From an uncultured Dehalococcoidia bacterium (GTDB lineage: Bacteria > Chloroflexota > Dehalococcoidia > Lucifugimonadales > UBA3495), in the NCBI GenBank assembly GCA_950072105.1, contig CATMOE010000001.1, forward strand, positions 32,001-96,000: a DNA stretch of 64,000 nucleotides. The letters run 5' to 3'. Made by a program: the position numbers and the translations under genes. The notes beneath the pieces were generated by a model. The model was not told where the DNA came from and did no database searches. It saw only the letters and a program-made list of their open reading frames with translations. Positions 20,537 through 30,700 of the stretch are shown here, piece by piece. Each line of letters starts with the position of its first letter. Within the stretch, counting starts at the first letter, position 1.

Positions 20537-21844
20537 TTGACCACCCAGGCGCCCAGAAACCCGGCAAACCCAGAACCTCCCACAACGACAACCAGGAGTC
20601 CAAGGCAATCCAGCCTAGCCACTCTGAAAAACTATAAAGACTTCCGGTTGGTCTGGGCCGGGAACTTCATCGCTTTGGGCGGCCAGTGGATCCAGATGTT
20701 TAGCATCGGTTGGCTGGTTTTGCTGCTGACCGATGGGAACGCTATCCTGACCGGCACCGTCATCGCCATCAGGGCGTTGCCGACATTGATCATTGGGCCA
20801 TGGGCCGGGGTTCTCGCCGACCGCATCGACCGGCGTAAAGTAGTGATGGCAACTCAAGCAGTCATGGCCGTGGCCGCCTGCTCCTTCGCTTTCCTGGTGC
20901 TGGCCAGCGATCTGGAAGCTGATCCGGTAACCGGGCCGCTCCGGCAATGGCACCCCTTCCTATATATGATCATCTCAGGGATCTCTCACTCCATCATCCA
21001 GCCGGTTCGCCAGGCAATGATTGCCAATACTGTCCCCCGCCATGCCCTGAGCAGCGCCTTGGCCTTGAACGGTATGGTCTACCCGACAACCCGAATCATT
21101 GCCCCGGCCATCGGTGGGCTCATCATCGCAACTCTGGGGTTCAACTGGAACTTCTTTCTGGAAGCCGTGGCATACGTGGGCATAGTGGTATTGTTGCTGC
21201 CAGTCAAGCTGCCATACCGCACCGAGACATCGGGACCGCGGTCCAGTCCCCTCCGCAGTATGCAAGAAGGATTGGCCTACGTTTGGCGCCAGAAGACCAT
21301 CTTGCAACTGATCGTCATGCTGCTGATTCCAAACTTTGTCTTCCAACCCTTGATTTTCCTACTGCCAGTCTTCACGACTGAAGTTTTGGGGCGGGAAGCA
21401 GCCACCGGAGGCATCTTGGCGGCAGCCATGGGCGTCGGCGGAATCGTCGCGGCAGTCATTATTGCTGGGTTCGGCTTCATTATCCGCCGTGGCTTGATTA
21501 CCTTTCTCGGTTTGGCCGGTGGATCGATCTTCGTGATCCTGTTCGCCCTGTTGCCTTGGTGGATCGCCTCGTTCGCTTTTTTGACGGGATTGGGCTTCTG
21601 CCAATACGCGTTCCGGGTAGCAAACAGCACTCTGATCCAGACCTCAGTGCCCGACGAACTGCGTGGCCGGGTGATGAGCATCTACATGCTGGACAACGGC
21701 ATCATGCCCGTCGCCACCCTGATCCTTGGTCTATTGATCCACGTCTGGTCTCCAGCTGCCGCCTTCGCCATATTCGGGGGTTTGGCCCTGGCCGCGACCG
21801 TGTTGATGGCCTTCGGGTTTCACCAAGTACGGAGGCTGGAGTGA
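20537..21844 (+). CDS. MFS transporter (DHA3/EntS-like)
   Basis: DFRLVWAG, GVLADRIDRRK, IQTSVPDELRGRVMS. TTG start at 20537 follows GGAG/AAGG; start uncertain. Confidence 0.9.
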   Translation: MTTQAPRNPANPEPPTTTTRSPRQSSLATLKNYKDFRLVWAGNFIALGGQWIQMFSIGWLVLLLTDGNAILTGTVIAIRALPTLIIGPWAGVLADRIDRRKVVMATQAVMAVAACSFAFLVLASDLEADPVTGPLRQWHPFLYMIISGISHSIIQPVRQAMIANTVPRHALSSALALNGMVYPTTRIIAPAIGGLIIATLGFNWNFFLEAVAYVGIVVLLLPVKLPYRTETSGPRSSPLRSMQEGLAYVWRQKTILQLIVMLLIPNFVFQPLIFLLPVFTTEVLGREAATGGILAAAMGVGGIVAAVIIAGFGFIIRRGLITFLGLAGGSIFVILFALLPWWIASFAFLTGLGFCQYAFRVANSTLIQTSVPDELRGRVMSIYMLDNGIMPVATLILGLLIHVWSPAAAFAIFGGLALAATVLMAFGFHQVRRLE

Positions 21845-21899
21845 CGGATATGCTCGCTCCCATCGCTGGACTCGACAACGTTTATCCAACCCTTTTCGA

Positions 21900-21928
21900 T
21901 TGACACACCCGGAGTGTCCTAATACACT
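21900..21928 (+). promoter_or_regulatory. Sigma70 promoter with overlapping inverted repeat (possible operator)
   Basis: TTGACA-17 nt-TACACT, with GACAC-N7-GTGTC at 21902-21918 inside it. Confidence 0.65.
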
Positions 21929-22003
21929 CGCTCCTAACTATCGGCGCACCCGGCCTGGTCTTGGGACACACGTAGACCAACTGGATGCTGAAGGAAGAGA
22001 GAT

Positions 22004-23800
22004 ATGAGCCTGGAGAGACCCGAATACGTATCCGACTTAATCGTCTATCTGTTGAACGAATTGGGCGTTGAATACGCGCCTTTGAATCCCGGCGCCACCA
22101 CCCGCGGACTTCATGAGTCCATGGTGAACTACGGCGGCAACAAGATGCCGGAGTTGATCACCTGTTGCCACGAGGAACTGGCGGTGGCCATGGCCGAAGG
22201 ATTTTATCTAGCTACCGGAAAACTCCAAGTATCCCTGGCCCACAACATCGTGGGACTGCAACACGCCAGCAAGGCCATCTACGAAGCATTCCTCAACAAC
22301 ATTCCGATGATTATCATGGGCGGCACCGGTCCCTTGGACGCCAGCCATCGCCGTCCCTGGATAGACTGGATCCACACCGCTCAGGTTCAGGGCCAAATAG
22401 TTAGAGATTATGTAAAGTGGGACGATCAGCCACAAGGGGCCCAAAGCGTGGCTGAATCCGTGCTCCGCGCTTACCAGATAGCCATGACCGAACCCAGGGG
22501 TCCGGTTTACCTGTGCTTCGACGTTGAATTGCAAGAAGCCCGGTTGCCCGACGATTTCGTCTTGCCGGATCTGAGCCGCTTCCAGGTACCCGCTTCGCCG
22601 GGAGGAAACCCCGAAGCTGTTAAGCAGGCAGCCAAGGCGCTGATGGAAGCCGAATCCCCGGTAATAATTGTCCAGGGACTAGGCCGGACACCCGGCGGTT
22701 CGGAGACACTTCAGGCGCTCTTGGACCTTGTGGGCGCGCCGGTGATCGAGATAGGGTCGGCCTACAACCTGCCCAACAGCCACCCTTTGAACGTAACCGG
22801 GGCCAACGCCGAAGTGCTGAAAGATACCGACCTGATCCTCGCCGCCGGCGTGACCAACCTGGAGCAAGTATTAACAAGAGCTGTCGCCTCAAGTAGCGCC
22901 ACGGCCCCCGAACAACCCAGGGGAAGAGCGGGTTACAACCGAGTGTTCGAGAGGGCCATTCCCGAAGGAACCAAGATTATCCAGATCGGCCTCCAAGACT
23001 ATGGCATCAAAAGCTGGCCCAGCAACTACGGGAGGATCCTGCCGACAGATACCGCCATTCTGGGAGACGAGATTCTAGTCCTGAAGCAGATCACCGAGGT
23101 TTGCCAGGATTCCATGGATGCCGGCTCTCGCAAGCGCGCCACTGAGCGGATTCCCAAGATCACCAAGATCCACTCGGATCTCTATGATCGCCTCCATAAA
23201 GAGGTCAAAGAGCGATTGTGGGACCAGACGCCCACCTCCACCGCCCGGTTGGCCGCGGAGATTTGGGAAGTGATTAAGGATGAGGACTGGGTCTTGGTTC
23301 ACGGTTCCCTCAGCGGATGGGAACGGCGGCTCTGGGACGTGAGTGATGAATCCCGATGGGTCGCTGGCGGCGGCGGCACCGGTACCGGCATGGGTGTGGC
23401 CATGGGTGCGGCTCTGGCCTTTAGGGGGACCGATAAGGTGTGCGTCAGCATCCAGAACGACGGCGACCTTCTCTACACCGCCGGCTCGCTGTACACCCTG
23501 GCGCACCACGACATTCCCATGCTGGTGGTGATGTTCAACAACCGTTCTTACTACCAGGATGTGGGGCATCAAACAGCCGTTTCCAGCAACAGAGAAAGGT
23601 CTGTGGAAACTGTAGGCATAGGCGTTAACCTGGACGGTCCCTCGACCGACTTCGCCACCCTGGCCCAGAGCTTCGGTTTAGCCGGTATCGGCCCGATATT
23701 AAACGCCGCCGACATCGGCCCGGCCCTGAAAAAAGGACTGGACATAGTTAAGAACGAACGGCGGACCGCCGTGATCGACACCATCGTCCAGCCTCGCTGA
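22004..23800 (+). CDS. Thiamine-diphosphate-dependent enzyme (acetolactate synthase/benzoylformate decarboxylase superfamily)
   Basis: CHEELAVAMA catalytic Glu region, EPRGPVYLCFD, ThDP motif NDGDLLY...MFNN. Confidence 0.9.
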   Translation: MSLERPEYVSDLIVYLLNELGVEYAPLNPGATTRGLHESMVNYGGNKMPELITCCHEELAVAMAEGFYLATGKLQVSLAHNIVGLQHASKAIYEAFLNNIPMIIMGGTGPLDASHRRPWIDWIHTAQVQGQIVRDYVKWDDQPQGAQSVAESVLRAYQIAMTEPRGPVYLCFDVELQEARLPDDFVLPDLSRFQVPASPGGNPEAVKQAAKALMEAESPVIIVQGLGRTPGGSETLQALLDLVGAPVIEIGSAYNLPNSHPLNVTGANAEVLKDTDLILAAGVTNLEQVLTRAVASSSATAPEQPRGRAGYNRVFERAIPEGTKIIQIGLQDYGIKSWPSNYGRILPTDTAILGDEILVLKQITEVCQDSMDAGSRKRATERIPKITKIHSDLYDRLHKEVKERLWDQTPTSTARLAAEIWEVIKDEDWVLVHGSLSGWERRLWDVSDESRWVAGGGGTGTGMGVAMGAALAFRGTDKVCVSIQNDGDLLYTAGSLYTLAHHDIPMLVVMFNNRSYYQDVGHQTAVSSNRERSVETVGIGVNLDGPSTDFATLAQSFGLAGIGPILNAADIGPALKKGLDIVKNERRTAVIDTIVQPR

Positions 23801-23822
23801 TATAGAAAACAGGGAGTTGAGC

Positions 23823-26078
23823 ATGGCTACAACCTACTCCGTGGTAGGCACATCGGTAACCAGAGACGAAGGACCGGACAAAGTATCCGGCGGCGCGAAA
23901 TATCCCGCCGACGTGGTGGTGCCGGGGACCCTTTCAGGAAAGATCCTTCGCAGCCCGTTCCCCCACGCCCGGATAGTCAGCATCGATACGTCGAAAGCCC
24001 GCGCCTTTCCCGGCGTCCATGCCGTTCTAACCGGCACTGACCTGCCGGACCGGCCGGTTGGCAGACTCCTTAGAGACTGTCCGGTGCTGGCCCGGGACCG
24101 GGTGCGGTTCGTTGGCGAGAAGGTCGTGGCGGTGGCCGCGGATACCGCCGAGGCGGCGGAAGAGGCCTTGCTGCTCATCGACGTCGAATACGAGGAGATA
24201 GAGGCGGTCTTCGACTCGTCGGAGGCGATGGAAGACTCAGCGCCTTCGCTCCACTCGGATAAGGCCAACTACATCGGCTTGCCCATACCAGCCTCGGAGA
24301 TCAACAACGTGCTGGCGGAGAATCACTGGTCCAAAGGCGACGTTGACCAGGGCCTCGGCGAGTCAGACCTGATATTCGAGCATACTTTTAACGCCCAATT
24401 GATGCACCAGGCCTACATCGAACCCCATGCTTGTATCGTTAGCGTTGACGGTTCTGGCAAGGTAGAGATCTGGGCCAATAACAAAGGACCCTTCATGCTA
24501 CGCGACCAACTTGCCGCGGCGGCGGGTATCCCCAAAGATCAGATAACCCTCTACCCCTGCAACATCGGCGGCGACTTCGGCGGCAAGGGCTCCTTCATGG
24601 ATGTCCCTCTGTGTTACTTCCTGTCGCTACATGCCGGCCGGCCGGTCAAGATGGTCATGGACTACATCCAGGAGTTGCTGGCGGGCAATCCTCGACATCC
24701 GGCCAAGATTACCCTGAAGACCGGGATGAAGAAGGACGGACGCATCTGGGCCAGGCAGGCCCACGTGGTGTTCAACAGCGGCGCCTACGGGGCGTTCAAA
24801 CCTCGGGTGTACCTGGGCGGGGCCGACCATCTAGGAGGCACTTACCAGATTCCCCACGTCAATATAGACAGTTACATGGTATACACCAACAGCGTCCCAT
24901 GCGGCCACATGCGCGCTCCGGCCAAGCCACAGGTCCACTTCGCCGTCGAGTCCCACATGGACATGATTGCCGAGGAGATGGGCATCGACGCCTACCAATT
25001 CCGGCTGATCAACGTCATCAAACCCGGTGACGCCAGCCCAACTGGGAAAGAGTTTCAGGAGATCCGCGCCGAGGACACTCTGCGCGGCGCCGCCGAAGCC
25101 GCCGGCTGGGACAAGCCCAAGTCAGGGCCCAACATCGGCCGGGGCATGGCCATCTCGGACCAACCTCCCGGCAGCGGGCAATCATCCGCCAGGTTGGCGA
25201 TGGACGCAGAGGGGAATGTTGACCTGCACATGTCTCTGTTTGACACGGGGACCGGCGCTCACACCATCTTGCGCCAGGTGGTGGCCGAGGTCTTGACCAT
25301 ACCGGTCGAGAACGTGCGCATGGTCATCGAGGACACCAACGCGGTGGAGTTCGACTCCGGTTCCGGTGGCAGCCGAGTGACCTACACTTCCGGGCAAGCA
25401 GTCCTGGGGGCGGCCAACGACCTGCGGGGGAAGTTGATCTCCCGGGCCTCCGAGTTATTCGAAAGCGACGAAGACCAGGTCGAGCTTGTGGGCGGCAACT
25501 TTGTCATCAAGGGGGACGCATCCAGAACGGTTACCCTCCAGGAAGTCACTTCTCAGGCAGTGACCGACACCCACGGCCCGATCGAGGGTCAGCTCACCTA
25601 CACCTCACCCACTTCCGAGGTCACCGGTTTCAGCGCCCAGGTGGCGGAGGTGGAAGTGGACCCGGAGACCGGGCAGGTTACGGTATTAAAGATCGTCACC
25701 GCCCATGACGTAGGCACCATCCTGAATCCGCTAACCCATCAGGGACAGATCGAAGGTGGTGTCATCCAAGGTCTGGGCTATGCCCTGATGGAGGAGATCA
25801 GCATCGAGGATGGGCGCATCTCTACCTTGAGCTTGGGCGACTATAAGATTCCCACCATGTCGGACATCCCCATTCTGGAGACGGTATTACTAGAGTCTCC
25901 CTCAGGCCCCGCGCCCTTCAACAGCAAAGGCATCGGAGAGAGCAGCAACGTGCCGGTGGCCGGAGCCATCGCCAACGCGGTATACGACGCGGCGGGAGTC
26001 CGCATATTCGACCTGCCCATCACCGCCGAGAAGGTCCTCCGGGCTTTGAAGGAGAAGGAAGCGTCGGGTAACAGTTAG
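23823..26078 (+). CDS. Xanthine dehydrogenase/aldehyde oxidoreductase family molybdopterin-binding (large) subunit
   Basis: ILRSPFPHARI, HQAYIEPH, GGDFGGK, GHMRAP, QGQIEGGVIQGLG, KGIGE. Lacks the CoxL AYxCSFR motif. Confidence 0.92.
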   Translation: MATTYSVVGTSVTRDEGPDKVSGGAKYPADVVVPGTLSGKILRSPFPHARIVSIDTSKARAFPGVHAVLTGTDLPDRPVGRLLRDCPVLARDRVRFVGEKVVAVAADTAEAAEEALLLIDVEYEEIEAVFDSSEAMEDSAPSLHSDKANYIGLPIPASEINNVLAENHWSKGDVDQGLGESDLIFEHTFNAQLMHQAYIEPHACIVSVDGSGKVEIWANNKGPFMLRDQLAAAAGIPKDQITLYPCNIGGDFGGKGSFMDVPLCYFLSLHAGRPVKMVMDYIQELLAGNPRHPAKITLKTGMKKDGRIWARQAHVVFNSGAYGAFKPRVYLGGADHLGGTYQIPHVNIDSYMVYTNSVPCGHMRAPAKPQVHFAVESHMDMIAEEMGIDAYQFRLINVIKPGDASPTGKEFQEIRAEDTLRGAAEAAGWDKPKSGPNIGRGMAISDQPPGSGQSSARLAMDAEGNVDLHMSLFDTGTGAHTILRQVVAEVLTIPVENVRMVIEDTNAVEFDSGSGGSRVTYTSGQAVLGAANDLRGKLISRASELFESDEDQVELVGGNFVIKGDASRTVTLQEVTSQAVTDTHGPIEGQLTYTSPTSEVTGFSAQVAEVEVDPETGQVTVLKIVTAHDVGTILNPLTHQGQIEGGVIQGLGYALMEEISIEDGRISTLSLGDYKIPTMSDIPILETVLLESPSGPAPFNSKGIGESSNVPVAGAIANAVYDAAGVRIFDLPITAEKVLRALKEKEASGNS

Positions 26079-26150
26079 CTGGACGCTTTTTGCCTTCACG
26101 GTGGACTAACCTAGAGTTGCTGAGTTACCCCGAGTGGGTAGCTTAGAGAA

Positions 26151-26262
26151 CCTGAGATTCCTCGCCGACCTTCCACCGAAGGGCGGGTGTTGGAATGACA
26201 TTGCGGGCAACGAAAACGGAGATACGCGAACTGTCGTTCCGAGCTTAGCGAGGAATCTCAGG
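26151..26262. repeat. Inverted pair of GTCATTCCG-family palindromic elements between convergent genes
   Basis: CCTGAGATTCCTCG...GGAATGACA, spacer, TGTCGTTCCGAGCTTAGCGAGGAATCTCAGG. Confidence 0.8.
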
Positions 26263-26282
26263 CGGCCACCGAACCTAACGCC

Positions 26283-27431
26283 CTACTTCCCAAACAACGC
26301 GGCAATCCTCTGGCCGACTACCTCATCTTCCCCCGGATACAGCCCAAAGGCGTGCAGGGTGATCCGGTCCTCGCCTTCCCGAACCCTGGTCCAGACCGGC
26401 GGATCGCCGGCTTTTAAACGGTCCACCACTTCCTGGTTTGTCATCCCGGTGACTGCCGGGTCCACTTCGATGTTCACGCCGTAGGGTTGGTGGCCGATTA
26501 TGTTGGCTATCGATTCAACCTTTACACCGGGGATGCCCATCAGGGGAGCCATCATGTTCCGGCATTTTTGCTCGGCGTCGATCAGACGCTCCTCATGATT
26601 CAGGGTCATCCACCGGCGCACCGCGGCGACCGCTCCGATGATTTCCTGGCGGTCGACTTTTTGAGGCCGGCCAATCCCGCGGACCCGGCGTCCCTCGTAG
26701 CTGGCGAAGGATTGCAAGCCAATCTTGCGAATCATGTCCTGGGATCCTAACGCCAGTCCCACCGACTGGGGCGCCCCCAGATATTTGGCGGCGATGCACT
26801 GGAAGTCGGCACCCATCCGAACGTACTTCCCAAAATTTTCCAGCGGATATATCTGACCCGCGGCGTCTACCGTAACCAATACGCCATGAGCGTGGGCAAT
26901 CTCTATGGTCTGTTCCAGAGAAAGTGCCTTGGGGTCCGGCTCCTGCTCCACGGCATAGTAGTGGACCGCGGCGGTGTTGGGACCGATGGCTTTCTCCAAG
27001 TCTTCAGCGGTGGTCTCTTCTTCCGAACCGAAATCCACCAGCGTCGCCCCGGCCAATTCCAAACAGCGGTCATACCAATACCGTTGACGGGTTTGGATGA
27101 GAATCTCGTTCTTCATGCCGGATGCGTTGGGAAGCTGTTGAATCTTGTCGTCGTCATCGCCGGCCATGGCGGCCGCGGTGGCCAGAGTCAATGCCGACCC
27201 CGCTCCGGAAGTCAGATAGGCCGCCGGTACGTCCACCATCTTGGCAATAGCGTCGCCAGCTTTTTCTTGCAGATCCAAAAGGTAGATATAAGCGCCATCT
27301 GCTTGGGCCATCGCCTCCCTGACCTCGGGAAAGGGGGTCGAACCGCCCAGCATGGTAACGCTGCCGGTGGCGTTGATCACCGGTTTGGCGCCCAATTCTT
27401 TATAGATCTCGCCCCAAGATGTGTCTGCCAT
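26283..27431 (-). CDS. SelA-like PLP-dependent enzyme (DgaE / D-glucosaminate-6-phosphate ammonia-lyase family)
   Basis: PVINATGSVTMLGGS, TSGAGSALTLATAA, VDAAG, PLP Lys in AAKY, GIGRPQKV. Confidence 0.85.
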   Translation of the reverse strand: MADTSWGEIYKELGAKPVINATGSVTMLGGSTPFPEVREAMAQADGAYIYLLDLQEKAGDAIAKMVDVPAAYLTSGAGSALTLATAAAMAGDDDDKIQQLPNASGMKNEILIQTRQRYWYDRCLELAGATLVDFGSEEETTAEDLEKAIGPNTAAVHYYAVEQEPDPKALSLEQTIEIAHAHGVLVTVDAAGQIYPLENFGKYVRMGADFQCIAAKYLGAPQSVGLALGSQDMIRKIGLQSFASYEGRRVRGIGRPQKVDRQEIIGAVAAVRRWMTLNHEERLIDAEQKCRNMMAPLMGIPGVKVESIANIIGHQPYGVNIEVDPAVTGMTNQEVVDRLKAGDPPVWTRVREGEDRITLHAFGLYPGEDEVVGQRIAALFGK

Positions 27432-27648
27432 GATGCTCTCCTATGTTACTGGCTTGGGATGTAAGGACTTTGCCGAATATGAGATATGAAGGGTTTCCGT
27501 AATGTTATCCGCCGCCGGTCTGGCTGTCCAGATGAATAGCGGGGAGTTCGAGTCTAGCGCTGTGTCAAGTTGATCGTCGGGAATTGCCTGATTCCGGCAG
27601 CCTGTCATTGCTCCGAAAATTGAATCGCCAACTTTCGGCCCACACTTC

Positions 27649-27690
27649 GTCATTCCGACACCAGCCCTTCCGCGGAAGGATCGGAATGAC
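27649..27690. repeat. Short GTCATTCCG-family hairpin downstream of the multicopper oxidase
   Basis: GTCATTCCGA...TCGGAATGAC 10-bp inverted repeat enclosing CCTTCCGCGGAAGG. Confidence 0.75.
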
Positions 27691-27722
27691 ATTTATCACA
27701 TATAGTAGGACCAAGTTTTACA

Positions 27723-30700
27723 TTAGCGGCCCGGCAGAGGCCGCAGCCAACCTTCGGTTTCTTGTGCCGGCAATACCCGGAATATGCCCCAAAGCCCCGC
27801 CTGCCGGTATGGCTCTCGATGGTCGCCGTAAAGATAGTCGCCCGGAAGGCCCGTACGGCCTCCGGCGCCTCCCTCGGGTTGAATTGTTATGGCTTCCAGT
27901 GCTCCGATCTGGACGGCGCTAAGCATGTCCGAGCCTTCTCTACCGGGTTCCACGGGCCAGGGATGACCTTCCAAAGTGAAGACGTGGGCCTGTTCGCTGA
28001 AGGGAACTAAGACGTGAATCTTAACCGGGTCGCCGGAGACGGCCTCCAATAGGGGCGTGGCCGGGTCGCCGTGCACAGTGCTGCTGAACACCCGTGACGT
28101 ATCCTCGTTCCGGGCCAGGCGGGCGCCAAGGGGCTCAAAATTATAGTTGAGACCCACCACTCCCTCGACCTCCTGGGAGTAGGGCATGATGTGGGTGCCG
28201 ATCACTTCGTCTTGATCTTGGATGAACAGGGCGAAGTCACGGTAGCTGTCCCGGGCGGGCGGATGTACATCGACTCGCCAGCCCGACTTTAGCGTCATGT
28301 CCTCGCCGGTTACCGGGTGGGTGTAGGATGAGCCTTCCTCCCCAACCACGATGGCGCCATAAAGACCCAATCCCGGGTTCTCCAGCACATTGCCCCAGTC
28401 TCTAAGCAGAGCCATCGTTTCACCAACATCGGGGTGAGCATAGAAAGTGTAGGTCCGGGTGCTTCCGGGTTCCACCGTCTGAGGCGGGTTGCCGCCCGCC
28501 GCGATTCCCATTGACTTGGCCGGGTTGTAGGCCAGCATGTCGGCGTGGATGGACACCGGACCTGAAGCGGTCTCGTTGCTGAGCATAAGATTTACGCAAT
28601 CCCCCACATTGACGTGCAACACTAGTGGCTCAGGAGATTGAGATCCAGAAAGCACCTCCGCCTTGTCCGCTTTTAGAACGTACATCTTGCCCTTGGTCTC
28701 GCCCAACATAGGCAAAGGTACATCGATCGCGGCCACCCAGTACTCTTTGACCGGAGCTTCCACAGGACAGACGGTCGCCGCCGGTGCTGGAATCTCCTGG
28801 TGACCGGGCAGTTTTTGCAACGATGCTCCAGCGTCATCGTCCAGCACCCGAATGATCCCCCAGCTTCCCTCCCGGAACTTGAACGACCGGCCATTGTAAT
28901 AAAGATAATCCCCCGCCATCCCTTGCGGGCCTCCGGCCTTAGGCAATACCAGTGCGTACCGCTCGGAAATACCGATGTGTACCGTGTTGATTGGGGACGA
29001 CGTCAGGCTGTAAGGTTCCAGCCGGAACCAATGCCCGTCGACGTGCAGGGTATGAACGTCGTTCATCGCCGAAACCAGACCCCGAATGACGATGGGGTCT
29101 CCAAGGTAGGCCTCCAGCAGCGGGGTTTCGGGGTCGCCGTGGGCCTCACTGCTAAACAGCAGCGACGGGTCTCCTTCTCTGGCTTTCAGAGGCGCCACAC
29201 GCAGGTTTATAGCACTACCGCTGGAGCGGCCCTCTTTGGTCAGGGTGTTGTCGTCTTGGATGAACAGCAACAACTCCCGGAAACTCCCGGTCACGTCCGC
29301 GGAAACCAATCCATCATTATGGACATCCACGATTGGACCGCTTCTGACCTCGCCGCCGGTGCTGGGGTCGTGGTAGGTGGAGCCTGACGGTTCGGACACG
29401 ATAGCCCCCACCAATCCGTGTTTCCAGGACGTTAGAGCGCTGACATGGTCATGGAAATAAGCCGTGCCGAACTGGACGTCCGGATACCATCGGTAGCGCA
29501 CGAACTCGATGCTGACGATCTCACCCCGTCCGTGACCGAATCGCAGCGGCTCATCGAAAACTAGGGTGGAGCCGTCAATCTCCCGAATGCGGCGGACCTC
29601 AAAGGATTCGGTCTGATCCATCCCCACACCGACCAGCGCTCCGGGCTGGAATCGGTCGGCGCTGACCAACTGGAGGCGGCTCTCGCCGGCTTGGGCGGTT
29701 CCCCGAATCTTCTCTCCTTCCTTGGTGAAAGGACGCACCGAGGTTTCGTAGTTAAACCCGGTAATAACGCCGTCGCTGCCCTGGACATCGAATTGGACGA
29801 AGTGGACGTGGATATTCGCCTTGCTGAAAAAATCGTTTTCGCCCGAGTCTTCCAACTCGCTCTTGAAAACAATGTCCACGCAGTCCTCTCCGGCGTTTGC
29901 CCGAATCGCCAACGGGGACCTCAAGCCATTGTCGGCCCGAACGGCGTCCTCCTCCTCTTTGAGGACGTACAGTTGGCCTACCGGGTCGACGATGTTTGAC
30001 GACCGGCTGAGGGTGATGGGCAGATTAATCGAGTGGATCACGAACTCCTGGGTCTGCGTGCCATCGGGACACAGACTCCAGGGCCCGTTCTCGCCGGGCT
30101 TGGGCGGATCTGTCCCATGGCGGATCGGGTCCAGAAAGGGGGCTGGACCGTGATTCGGCGCAAATGGCGGCCTTTTGGCCAGATGGGGCCTCAGGAATGG
30201 GTAAGCCAGTTTACCGGTTAAGGGATCGAAGTAAATGGGCGGACGCACTCCGGGCGAGGCAGAACTAAAGCCTGGCCAGTCCTTCTCGCTGTCCGGTTCG
30301 TTAAGGTAGAGGTTACCCTCCCGGCTCCAGTTCAGCACCGACGCGTCGTAGCCTTTAGGAATACCTTGGGGAGGGAGTTGACGTTCCACCCAGTCCGCCA
30401 GGTTCTCCTCGCCGATGGGCATGGCTTGGCCCTTCCAATCGGCGGTCGTCCCGACCAATTTTTCGGATGTGACCGCCGGCACCACGCCGCCTAGCTTGTC
30501 CGGCACTTCCCAAAGTGGGGGTAAAGAGTCTTGGGCGGCGCCATCTTCTTGCAGCGTGTTGTACACCCGCCATACCATCCACATGCCCGCCAGATAGTGA
30601 TGGGCGACGTGGCAATGGATGAGGTAGTCTCCCACAGAATGCTGGCAACCCCCGCTGCCGCACTCGTTCTCCAGATCGTAACCTTCCGCCGGGCCAACAG

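Noticed and set aside
23823..26078. Aerobic CO dehydrogenase CoxL (also considered for 46828-49134)
   Set aside because: Neither protein has the AYxCSFR (form I) or AYRGAGR (form II) loop, and there are no cox accessory genes.
26283..27431. Selenocysteine synthase selA
   Set aside because: Too short, lacks the SelA N-terminal domain, and there is no selB/selD/selC nearby; fits the DgaE-like family better.
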